A stretch of 64,000 nt of DNA from an uncultured Gemmatimonadales bacterium (GTDB taxonomy: Bacteria > Gemmatimonadota > Gemmatimonadetes > Gemmatimonadales > GWC2-71-9): positions 1 through 64,000 of the forward strand of contig CAVVKJ010000019.1 in the NCBI GenBank assembly GCA_963748815.1. Direction: 5' to 3'. Of this stretch, positions 11,265 through 20,157 are shown piece by piece. The notes beneath the pieces were generated by a model that saw only the letters and a program-made list of their open reading frames with translations, had not been told where the DNA came from and did no database searches. Position 1 is the stretch's first letter, and the number at the start of each line of letters is the position of its first letter. The position numbers and the translations under genes are program-made.

Positions 11265-12563
11265 ACTTCGTCTCCGGCACCACCGCGGAAACTCCCCCGT
11301 AATCTCATCCAATGCCGACGCGAGCCCGTCTCCCGTGGTGCGGTTCTTGTCCAGGACGTACTTGGCGAGGGTCGTCGTCAGCGGCAGCGTCACCAGCACG
11401 AGAATCGCCGAGAGCCAGAAGGGCACGCCGATGCCGGCGTGATCCATCAGGAAGCCGGCCAGGATCGGGAAGGCGACCCGACTCACCCCGCCGAAGGTGT
11501 GCTGCACCCCCATGTACAAGCCGCGCTCGTTCGACGCGACCACGGTGCTCAGCAGCCCGGTCACGCAGGGGAAGATGAACGCCGTGCCGATGGGCATCAG
11601 CGTGAATCCGATGGCCAGCACGGGATACCCGGTGGCCAGTCCCGTGGCGGCGAGGCCCAACGCGAGGATGACCACGCCGAGCCGTGACAGCCGCACCTCG
11701 CCCAGCCGGTCGACCATTCGGCCGAGCAGGAGGGACCGGACCAGCACGCCCATCCCGCCGAGGTACATCACGAAGTAGCCGATGTTGGCTTCGGTGACCG
11801 CGAAGCGGCTGGACAGGAGCAGCGGGACGATCTGAATCGTTCCGTAGAACGCCCCGATGGCGATGGTGTAGATCCAGATGAGGCGCGGGGCCGGCTCGCG
11901 CCACCGGGTCAGCACCCGAATGATGGCCCCTCGGCTGGTCTGCGTGGAGGCGGGAGCGTGGCTCGCAGTCTGGCGCAATTCGTGGGATTCGCGCAGGAAG
12001 CGCCAGGCAAAGGCGCCCACCAGCAGGGATAGCGCCGCGGCGGCGAGGCCCGGCGCGCGCCGGCCGCCGAGACTGATCATGGCAGACCCGAAGGCGGGGC
12101 CGGCCACGGCCCCCATGCTGGTGACGACTGAAAGCCAGCCGAGGCTCTTGGTGCGCTCTTTGGGTTTGGATACGTCGGCCACGTAGGCCTGCACGACGCC
12201 GATGGTCCCGCCACCCGTCCCCTGGATCAGTCGCGACACCAGCAGCGCCACGATGGTCCCGGCGAAGGCGAAAAGGACGTAGGCCACGGCGGTGAGGAGG
12301 AGGCCGGTGAGGATGGCGGGGCGGCGGCCGTAGCGATCGGAAAACCTGCCCCAGGTCGGGGCGACGATCAGCTGGGCAATCGAGAACGCGGAGATCAGGA
12401 CGCCGACCATCGTGGCGCCGGCGCCGAAATCGGTGGCGTAGTAGGGCAGGAGCGGGATCACCATGGTGAGCCCGATCATGTCCACGAACGCCGTGACGAA
12501 GAGGACCAACAGCGGCATCTTCGACACCCAACCGCCGTCCCCGCGCTTCACAGCTTGGGTCAC
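11263..12563 (-). CDS. MFS transporter, TetA/DHA1-like
   Basis: LFVTAFVDMIG, WGRFSDRYGRRP motif A, GRMVDRLGE, about 12 TM. GTG overlaps the upstream stop; an apparent indel near 11290 hides the TAG at 11263, so the 780-aa ORF is over-extended. Confidence 0.9.
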
Positions 12564-13441
12564 TCGCGTGTTGCCGCCCCGTCCGGCTCGTCCCCGGCGC
12601 CCCACGCCTCGAACCCAGTCATTTTTCCGTCCTTCTTGGCGAACTCGAACACCCACTCGTCCATCAGGTCGGTCAGCTTGCCGTTCGCCATGGTGCCCAC
12701 CATGAACCAGTCCTCCTTGATCTCTACCAGTACGATGGTGGCGGCCTCAGGCCAGGGCGCCGGTGTCCAGCGCCCGATCAGCATCCCGTTCTCGTAGACC
12801 ATGTTGATGGTGGAGCCAGGGGACCCGGCTGGCTCTTCTGTCCAACGGAATTGGTAGCGGCCGAGGTACGGCTTGGCGTCGGCCTCGGCGATGGTCAGCT
12901 TGTGCTTTGGTTCCACTTCCAGATGGAAGTTCACCTGGGTGGTGCCCCATCGAAGGACCAGCGTGCCCTCGTCGCCTTGGACGTTCTCGAAGGTAAACGT
13001 CAGCATTTCGTTGAAGGGGCCCTTGCCCGGCTTCACCTGGTACCGGATCTGGTCCGGAGTCTGTTTGGGATAGGGGAAGTGATACAGGCGGTGCCGGGGG
13101 TCGATGACCATCGTCCACTCCTCCGGCTGGATGACCAGCCAGAGCGAGTACTTGCCGGGGGCAACCGGGTGGCCGTCGATCTTGATGGGGCGTGCAATCT
13201 CGAGCGTGGTAGCGAAATTGGCGCCCGGGGTCCAGACAGCGCCCCACTGTTCGACGCCGCCGAAGAGTGAATCCCGGCCCCGGACCTGAGGCCGGGAGTA
13301 GTCGATAGTGATAGTGGTGCCGTCGATCGTCTGGGAGACCGCACCCCGCTCACTGGCCCGCATCTGGGCGGTCAGGGCAGCGGGCGCGAGCAAGAGCACG
13401 GTCAGGCAGGCGCCCCGGAGGCGCGCTGTCGATGCGGTCAT
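12560..13441 (-). CDS. DUF2911 domain protein, secreted
   Basis: ASERGAVSQTIDGTTITIDYSRPQVRGR...VWTPGAN, PGKYSLW, LRWG. Confidence 0.85.
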   Translation of the reverse strand: MTASTARLRGACLTVLLLAPAALTAQMRASERGAVSQTIDGTTITIDYSRPQVRGRDSLFGGVEQWGAVWTPGANFATTLEIARPIKIDGHPVAPGKYSLWLVIQPEEWTMVIDPRHRLYHFPYPKQTPDQIRYQVKPGKGPFNEMLTFTFENVQGDEGTLVLRWGTTQVNFHLEVEPKHKLTIAEADAKPYLGRYQFRWTEEPAGSPGSTINMVYENGMLIGRWTPAPWPEAATIVLVEIKEDWFMVGTMANGKLTDLMDEWVFEFAKKDGKMTGFEAWGAGDEPDGAATRE

Positions 13442-13520
13442 GGGCACTCCAGGATCAGTTGGGAATGACAGAAGGCTTCCAAGCTACCGCATCCGGCGGG
13501 TCCGGGCCAGCGATGGCGCC

Positions 13521-15614
13521 CTACCCTTCCGTACGATACGAGACGTTCCAGCGGATGGTTCCGCCCGCGGCGCTTTCCAGTCGGATGACGCGCAGCGCCC
13601 CCTCCCTGCCCTGCCTGACCATCCGCGCGCCCGTCACCTCGACGCCGTCGAAGCGGTACCCGGCTGGCTCCGCCAGGTAGAGGAGATATGGGTCGCCTGC
13701 CACCAGCTCACTCTCGCCGCTGAGGGTGCTGTCCCGCCAGGAAACATCTTTCAGATCGGGGCCGCCACAGCTCACGTGACGGCTGGTGGCGAGCAGTTGC
13801 GGGTGCTCGACTCGTTGGCGCAGACAGATGACCTGGACTCCGAACCGTGCATCAATGGGTCCGGGGGAGAGCGTGTCGCGCACAACTCCGAGGAATCGTT
13901 TCGTCCAGAACTCGAATGCAAGGTAGTCGGTGCCTGGGGCGAGACCGAGTTCGCCGAAGGGAATCGGCGCGCCGTCGTCGCGGGTGCGGGCCAGTACCGT
14001 CCACCGCTCGAAGGGGAGGGCGATGTCGAGCTGGTAGAGGGAGACGATCTCCCGCTGGTCGGCGTCGAAGGGGCGGGGACCGGAACCGCTGAGCTCGGTG
14101 TTGGCCATGCCCAGCAGTGACGATCGCGACGGGTCCACATCGTACACCTGCCCGGGAAGGGTGAAGAGCACCGGCGCCGTCCGCTTCGCTGCTTCGACCC
14201 GTTCGGTCCGATAGACCTCCGGAAGATCGGTCAGCATCAGGACCGACCCGGTGAGCGAGGTGAGCGTCGCCGCCTTGTATCCGTCGGCCTGGTGGATCTC
14301 GATATGATCGGGGTCGTTGCGCCAGACGACGTTGTTGAAGGAGTTGTACTGCGCAAACGACCCGTAGCCGAAGCCGTCATCGCCGACCCGCATTCCGTCC
14401 ACGAGGCCGATCAGCTCGGGGCGGATTCCCCAGCAGGCCAGCAGGTACACATCCCGGCCGATGGAGGAGCGCACCTGCTCGACGAACCCCCGGAACACCG
14501 TCTCGCGGTCCAGGCCGCGCTCGCGGAAGTACTCGGCGTAGCTGTTGTATCCCTCGTAGCGGAGGTGCCGGAGGGCGTCGAGCTTGAAGTAGCTCCATCC
14601 CATGGCTCGAAGCGCCCGGTAGACCGGCGACACCAGGGTGTCCATCGTGCCGGCGGAACTGCCGTCCATCACGTAGCCGACCCAGTTCCCCCGCGCGGGC
14701 CCGCCGTCTGCCGTGCGCACGAACCAGTTCGGGTGCGCCTCGGCGGCCGCCTTGTCCGCAAAACTCACGTTGGTCCAGATGCCCGGCGCCAGTCCCCGGC
14801 CAGAGATGTACTTCTCCAGCGCCGGCAGCCCGCTCGGAAACTTCGCGTTGGCGGTGAGCCAGTGGCTGGGGAGGCCGATCGGCAGGGTCTGGTAGCCGTC
14901 GTCGATCTGCAGGTAGTCATAGCCGAAGGGATGCAGCACCTCGCCGAGCACGTCCGCCGTGTTCCGGATATCCTGTTCGGTCACCTTGTCGAAGTAGGCG
15001 TACCACGAGGTCCACCCCGCCACCGACCTGCTCCACGGCCGATACTCCCACGGTCGGTACTGCGCCAGGCCGCGGTGTTGCTGGTAGAACCGGGGACGGA
15101 ATCGGAGTGACACTTCCCCTCCGGTCGCGCTCAGCTGTTGGACGACAGTGCCATCCGGCGCCGGCATTGCGACGATCGCCACCCCCGCCGGCACATCCAC
15201 CGACAGTACCCAGTCGCCGCGCCGATCGTACACCGCGCGGTTGAGCCGATTGCTGACCGGCCCCACCGCATGCCGCACCACCCGCAGTCCATCCTCCCTC
15301 GGCTCCGACTCCGCCGCGAATGCCTCGGCGGACCCGCGCACCACCCCGGTGATCGTGATCCGGTCCCGGCCGGTCGCCGTCCACTTGAGCACTTGCGTCA
15401 CCCGACCGTCAGTCGAGTCGACGAACTGGATCAGGGAGGCCGGGGCGCCGGTGCTGGAAACGGCCCCGTCGAACAGCACGTCGCCGGCATAGGTCAGGAC
15501 CACCCGCCCATCCTCGGCCCTGACGGCGGCGGGGGTATTGGGCGGCTCGGCGGGGGCCTGGGCCGAGGCAATGGTGGGGACGAGGCAGGCGGCGATGACG
15601 GAGATGATCTTCAT
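13521..15614 (-). CDS. Glycoside hydrolase, GH36/GH27 clan D (alpha-galactosidase-like), secreted
   Basis: GWTSWYAY, LQIDDGYQ, KFPSGL, PGIW, YFKLDAL, MRVGDD, WRNDPD. Confidence 0.85.
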   Translation of the reverse strand: MKIISVIAACLVPTIASAQAPAEPPNTPAAVRAEDGRVVLTYAGDVLFDGAVSSTGAPASLIQFVDSTDGRVTQVLKWTATGRDRITITGVVRGSAEAFAAESEPREDGLRVVRHAVGPVSNRLNRAVYDRRGDWVLSVDVPAGVAIVAMPAPDGTVVQQLSATGGEVSLRFRPRFYQQHRGLAQYRPWEYRPWSRSVAGWTSWYAYFDKVTEQDIRNTADVLGEVLHPFGYDYLQIDDGYQTLPIGLPSHWLTANAKFPSGLPALEKYISGRGLAPGIWTNVSFADKAAAEAHPNWFVRTADGGPARGNWVGYVMDGSSAGTMDTLVSPVYRALRAMGWSYFKLDALRHLRYEGYNSYAEYFRERGLDRETVFRGFVEQVRSSIGRDVYLLACWGIRPELIGLVDGMRVGDDGFGYGSFAQYNSFNNVVWRNDPDHIEIHQADGYKAATLTSLTGSVLMLTDLPEVYRTERVEAAKRTAPVLFTLPGQVYDVDPSRSSLLGMANTELSGSGPRPFDADQREIVSLYQLDIALPFERWTVLARTRDDGAPIPFGELGLAPGTDYLAFEFWTKRFLGVVRDTLSPGPIDARFGVQVICLRQRVEHPQLLATSRHVSCGGPDLKDVSWRDSTLSGESELVAGDPYLLYLAEPAGYRFDGVEVTGARMVRQGREGALRVIRLESAAGGTIRWNVSYRTEG

Positions 15615-15683
15615 AGTGCGCGTAGCTTGCGCCCCGCTCCGGGAAATGGCAAGATGGTGCTTCCCTTCCACTCGCGGACGTCC

Positions 15684-17213
15684 ATGGGACTCTCAGCGCT
15701 CGACATCGCCGGCTTCGTGGGGTTCCTGGCCCTGGTCTTCGGGGTGTCGATCGCCGCCTCCCGCAAGCGGAGCACCACCACGGAGGACTACTTCCTGGCC
15801 GGCCGCGAGCTCAACTGGTGGCTGATCGGCATCTCCCTCGTCGCCTCCAACATCTCCACCGAGCATTTCGTCGGCCTCGCCGGCCGCGGCTACGAACTCG
15901 GCCTCGCGATTGCCAGCTACGAGTGGATGGCGGCGGTCACCATGGTGGTGGTGGCGCTCTACTTCCTCCCACGCTTCCTCCGCGCCGGCATTTTCACGAT
16001 GCCGGAATACCTCGAATACCGCTACGACGGGTTGGCCCGGAGCATCATGGCGTTCTTCATGATGCTGGCCTACGTGCTGGTGGCGCTGGCCACGGTGCTC
16101 TACAGCGGGTCGCTCGCCCTCAACGCCGTCATCGGGCTCGACGTGGTGCTGGGCATCTGGATCATCGGTGCGCTGGCTGGTCTGTACGTGACCTACGGCG
16201 GCCTCCGCGCCGTGGTCTGGACCGAACTCATCCAGGGCACCGCTCTCCTCCTCGGCGCCCTGCTGGTGTTCGTGCTCTCGCTCAGAGCCGTTGGCGGCTG
16301 GGGGGAATTCACGGCGCTCTCCGCCGGGAAGCTCCATACCGTCCTCCCCTGGAATCATCCGGAAATGCCGTGGCTGGCGGTGTTCATCGGCGGCCTCTGG
16401 ATTCCAAACCTCTTCTACTGGGGACTCAACCAGTTCATCACCCAGCGGGCGCTCGCGGCGCGGAGCCTCGCCGAGGGGCAGCGGGGGACGCTTTTTGCCG
16501 CGGCCATCAAGGTCAGCATCCCGTTCCTGATCATCATGCCAGGGATCATGGCGGCGCACATCTTTCCCGACTTGATCAAGACGCCGGACCAGGCCTATCC
16601 GGTGCTGATCCGGGAGCTGGTGCCCGCCGGACTCCTCGGCATCATGCTCGCCGCGCTCTTCGGCGCGGTGTTGAGCACCTTCGAGTCGCTCCTCAACTCG
16701 GCGGCCACCATTTTCAGCCTCGACATCTACCAGCGCCTCTGGCGGCCGAGCGCCGAGCCGACGGAACTGCTCCGTGTGGGTCGGTGGGCCACCTTGGCGC
16801 TCTTCCTGGTCGGTTGCCTCTGGGCGCCGATCGTCGGCCGGGCTGGCAGCGTCTTCCAGTACATCCAGATGTTCTGGGGGTTCATCTCGCCGGGGATCGT
16901 GGCGGTCTTCCTGGTGGGAATGATTTCGCCGCGGACGCCCCCGCGGGCGGCGCACGGCGCCATGCTCCTGGGCATTCCGGTGTACGGGCTGTTGCTTTGG
17001 TTCCTGCCGGAGGTGGCCTTCCTGCACCACATGGCCATCACCTTTGCGGTGGTTGTCCTATATATGGCGGTGGTCACGGTGCGTCAGCCGCTGGCCCAGC
17101 CGGTGGTGCTCCCGGTCAAAGCCGGACTGGTCCTGACACCGGCGCCCCACGTGAAGCTGTTTGGGGCGGCGGTGATCGGGGCGGTGGCGGCGCTGTATCT
17201 GTATTTCTGGTAG
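15684..17213 (+). CDS. Sodium:solute symporter (SSS, sugar-type)
   Basis: EDYFLAGR, SLVASNISTEHFVG, TMPEYLEYRY, GGLRAVVWT, NQFITQRALAA. Confidence 0.93.
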   Translation: MGLSALDIAGFVGFLALVFGVSIAASRKRSTTTEDYFLAGRELNWWLIGISLVASNISTEHFVGLAGRGYELGLAIASYEWMAAVTMVVVALYFLPRFLRAGIFTMPEYLEYRYDGLARSIMAFFMMLAYVLVALATVLYSGSLALNAVIGLDVVLGIWIIGALAGLYVTYGGLRAVVWTELIQGTALLLGALLVFVLSLRAVGGWGEFTALSAGKLHTVLPWNHPEMPWLAVFIGGLWIPNLFYWGLNQFITQRALAARSLAEGQRGTLFAAAIKVSIPFLIIMPGIMAAHIFPDLIKTPDQAYPVLIRELVPAGLLGIMLAALFGAVLSTFESLLNSAATIFSLDIYQRLWRPSAEPTELLRVGRWATLALFLVGCLWAPIVGRAGSVFQYIQMFWGFISPGIVAVFLVGMISPRTPPRAAHGAMLLGIPVYGLLLWFLPEVAFLHHMAITFAVVVLYMAVVTVRQPLAQPVVLPVKAGLVLTPAPHVKLFGAAVIGAVAALYLYFW

Positions 17214-17260
17214 CGGACGCGCTCGCGGGAACGGCCACGGAGGTGCATCTTTCTGGGTGC

Positions 17261-17450
17261 CCGAGCGCCGGCTGAAGCCGGCGCTCGGCTGGTGTCGCTG
17301 AAGCGACGCGTGGGCCACCCTCTCCGCTCGGGATGAATGTCGGGTCGGCGGACAGCCGTGTTTCAACGAACGTGGATGTACCTTTCCCTGAGTAATAGCA
17401 GAATCCACGTCGCTTTAGCGACATCAGCCGAGCAGTGGCTTTAGCCACTG
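17261..17450. repeat. REPIN-like inverted pair of double-hairpin repeats
   Basis: 17261-17313 is an inverted copy of 17405-17450 (GTCGCTTYAGCGACAYCAGCCGAGC plus a second GCTTYAGC hairpin); third copy at 39861-39900. Confidence 0.8.
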
Positions 17451-17477
17451 ATCGAGCAGCGATCCGGAGACCCCTCA

Positions 17478-20157
17478 TTGCCTGACCCGCTTCCCCGACT
17501 TGTCGCCGCCCTCGCCGACCGCTACCGCATCGAGCGGGAGCTCGGCGAGGGCGGCATGGCCACCGTCTACCTCGCGGCCGACCTGAAGCACGACCGCCAG
17601 GTGGCCATCAAGGTCCTGCGGCCGGAACTCGCGGCGGTCATCGGTGCCGACCGGTTTCTGAGCGAGATCAAGACCACCGCCAACCTGCAGCACCCGCACA
17701 TTCTGCCGCTTTTTGACAGCGGGGAAGCGGGGAAGCGGGAAAGCGGGGAAGGCACCTTTCTCTACTATGTGATGCCGTACGTCCAGGGCGAAACGGTCCG
17801 GGATCGGATCAGCCGCGAGAAGCAGCTGCCTGTCGCCGACGCCGTGCGGATCGCCACCGAAGTCGCGGGCGCGCTCGACTACGCCCACCGCAATGGCGTC
17901 ATCCACCGCGACATCAAACCCGAGAACATCCTGCTGCACGACGGCCGCGCGCTCGTGGCCGACTTCGGCATCGCGCTCGCCGCCAGCAAGGCCGGCGGCA
18001 CCCGGATGACCGAGACCGGCATGAGTCTCGGCACACCACACTACATGAGCCCCGAGCAGGCGATGGGGGAGCGGGAGATCACCGCCCGCTCGCGATGTGT
18101 ACGCCCTCGGCTGCGTGCTCTACGAGATGCTGCTCGGCGAGCCGCCATTTACCGGCCCCACAGCGCAGTCCATCGTGGCCAAGGTCATGACCGCCGAGCC
18201 GGCGGCCCTGTCGCCGCAGCGGAAGTCGATTCCACCCGCCGTCGAGGATGCGGTACTCACAGCGCTGGAGAAGCTCCCCGCCGATCGCTTCGCCAGCGCC
18301 GCTGAGTTTGCGTCGGCTCTCGGCGGGGGCCTGACGCCGAGCTTGAGCAGCCGATCCACTCGAGGCGCCCCAGGCCGCCACGCTGCCCCGGTCACCCCCG
18401 CGAAAGCGGGGGCCCGCCTGCTCCTGCTGGCGCTCGTCGCGATGACGGCCCTCGCCGGATGGGCCTTGTTGCGGCCACCAACAGCAACTGGCCCCTCCGT
18501 CTACGATGCCGCGCTTCCCGACAGCGCGCCGATGACGTTCGGTGCGACGACCATGACGACGTCCTACGGAGCCTCGTTTCGAAACCTGTCCATCGCGCCG
18601 ACCGGGGAGTTCGCAGTCTATGCTGCAAGGCAGGGAGACTCGACTTCCCTCTGGTACCGGAGCCTCCGCGATGCGACGGTCCGGCCGATTGCCGGCACGA
18701 CCGGTGGGATTGCGCCGCGCATTTCGCCCGAGGGGTCGCGCGTGGGATATCTCGTGGGCGATCGCGTGATGGTGGTCCCGATCTCGGGTGGCGATCCCCG
18801 CATGCTCCTGGCCGGCCAGATGGCGATGTCGGGCGAGTGGATCAGCCCGGACCAATATCTCGTGATCGATACCGACGGCAATCGCGTCAACTGGCTCGAC
18901 CCCGAAGGGGGTACCTCCCGCTCCAAGCCGACTCCCCGCTGTGTCTTCGGAAAGTGGTCCTCGGAGTCCCGGAAGTTGCTCTGCGCCTTCAACTGGACCG
19001 CGCAGGTGCTCGACCCGGAAACCGGCGAGCTCTGGAATGTGCGCACCGCCCGGCCCGACGGCACACCGGGCGGTCTCCTTGAGGGGTCGGCGTTCCGCGT
19101 CGTGGACAAGGCGTATCTCGTGTACCTCTCCCTTGATGGAAACCTGGTCGCGGCCCGCTATGATCCAGGTACCCACCTGGCCCAGCGGCCGGTGACGATG
19201 TTGGGCGGCATCCGGCGCGAGGCCATCGGGGAGACCCAGCTGGATATCGCGGCCGACGGCACCCTGATCTTCGCGCCTGGCGTGGACGCGACCCTTGGCC
19301 GCATCGTTGTGCTGCGCCCAGGCGTCGCACCGCAGCCCGTCCTCGCCGAGTTGGCGGACTACCAGCGGTATGACCTCAGCGGGAATCGGCGCTGGTTCAC
19401 CGCCGCCGTGCGGGCCGCCGAGGGCACCGAGCTCAGGATCTACGACCTGCAGAACGGGCAACAGTTCGTGTGGCTTCGGGCGGAACAGATCCGGCATCCG
19501 ATCTGGAATCCGGACGGAGAACGGCTGCTGGTCGCCGTCCGGGACTCCACGCAGTGGGCCATCGTCGCTGGTTCGCCAGGCTCCGGCACGCCGCCCGACA
19601 CGTTGGCGGTCTTCGCGGCCGGTCCCTCGTCTCCCGACCCAGTCGACTATCACGACGCTCACACCGCGCTCGCCCAGGATTGGAACGGCTCCATCGTGAT
19701 GCGCTTCGATCCGAGCATGTCGAAGCCGGTGTTCGATACGGTGCTCACCGACGCCAGATTCGCGTCCGTGTCGCCGAACGGGAGGCTCATCGCGTACCAG
19801 TCGCTCGAGGGAAGCCGCGTCATCGTGACCACCTTTCCCGTGGCGGGGCGCCGCTGGCAGGTCGGGTCGGAGGGGGTGGAGCCGCTCTGGCTCTCCGCCA
19901 CCGAGGTGGTGTACCGCTCCGGCGTCTCGTGGTATCTGGCCCGCATCAACCCAGACACCGGGGAACCGAACGGCGCCGCCACCCTCTGGGCAACGGACCC
20001 GCGCTTCTCTGATACTTCAGGGTGGTCAAACCGTCCATCGCATGACGGCGGTATCATCTACGTGGAGGGGCCGTCCCAGACGAGCACCTCGTATCTCCGG
20101 GTCATCCCGAATTGGGTTGCGCAGATGAAGGCCGCCGTGGATGGAGCCAAGCGATGA
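17478..20157 (+). CDS. Ser/Thr protein kinase-TM-beta-propeller K4 (one frameshift near 18092)
   Basis: Kinase in ORF 17478 continues in ORF 18097; TM LLLALVAMTALAGWALL; divergent propeller. Confidence 0.9.

Noticed and set aside
10314..12656. 780-aa MFS fusion protein
   Set aside because: Read-through caused by an apparent indel near 11290; the extension is antisense to other genes.
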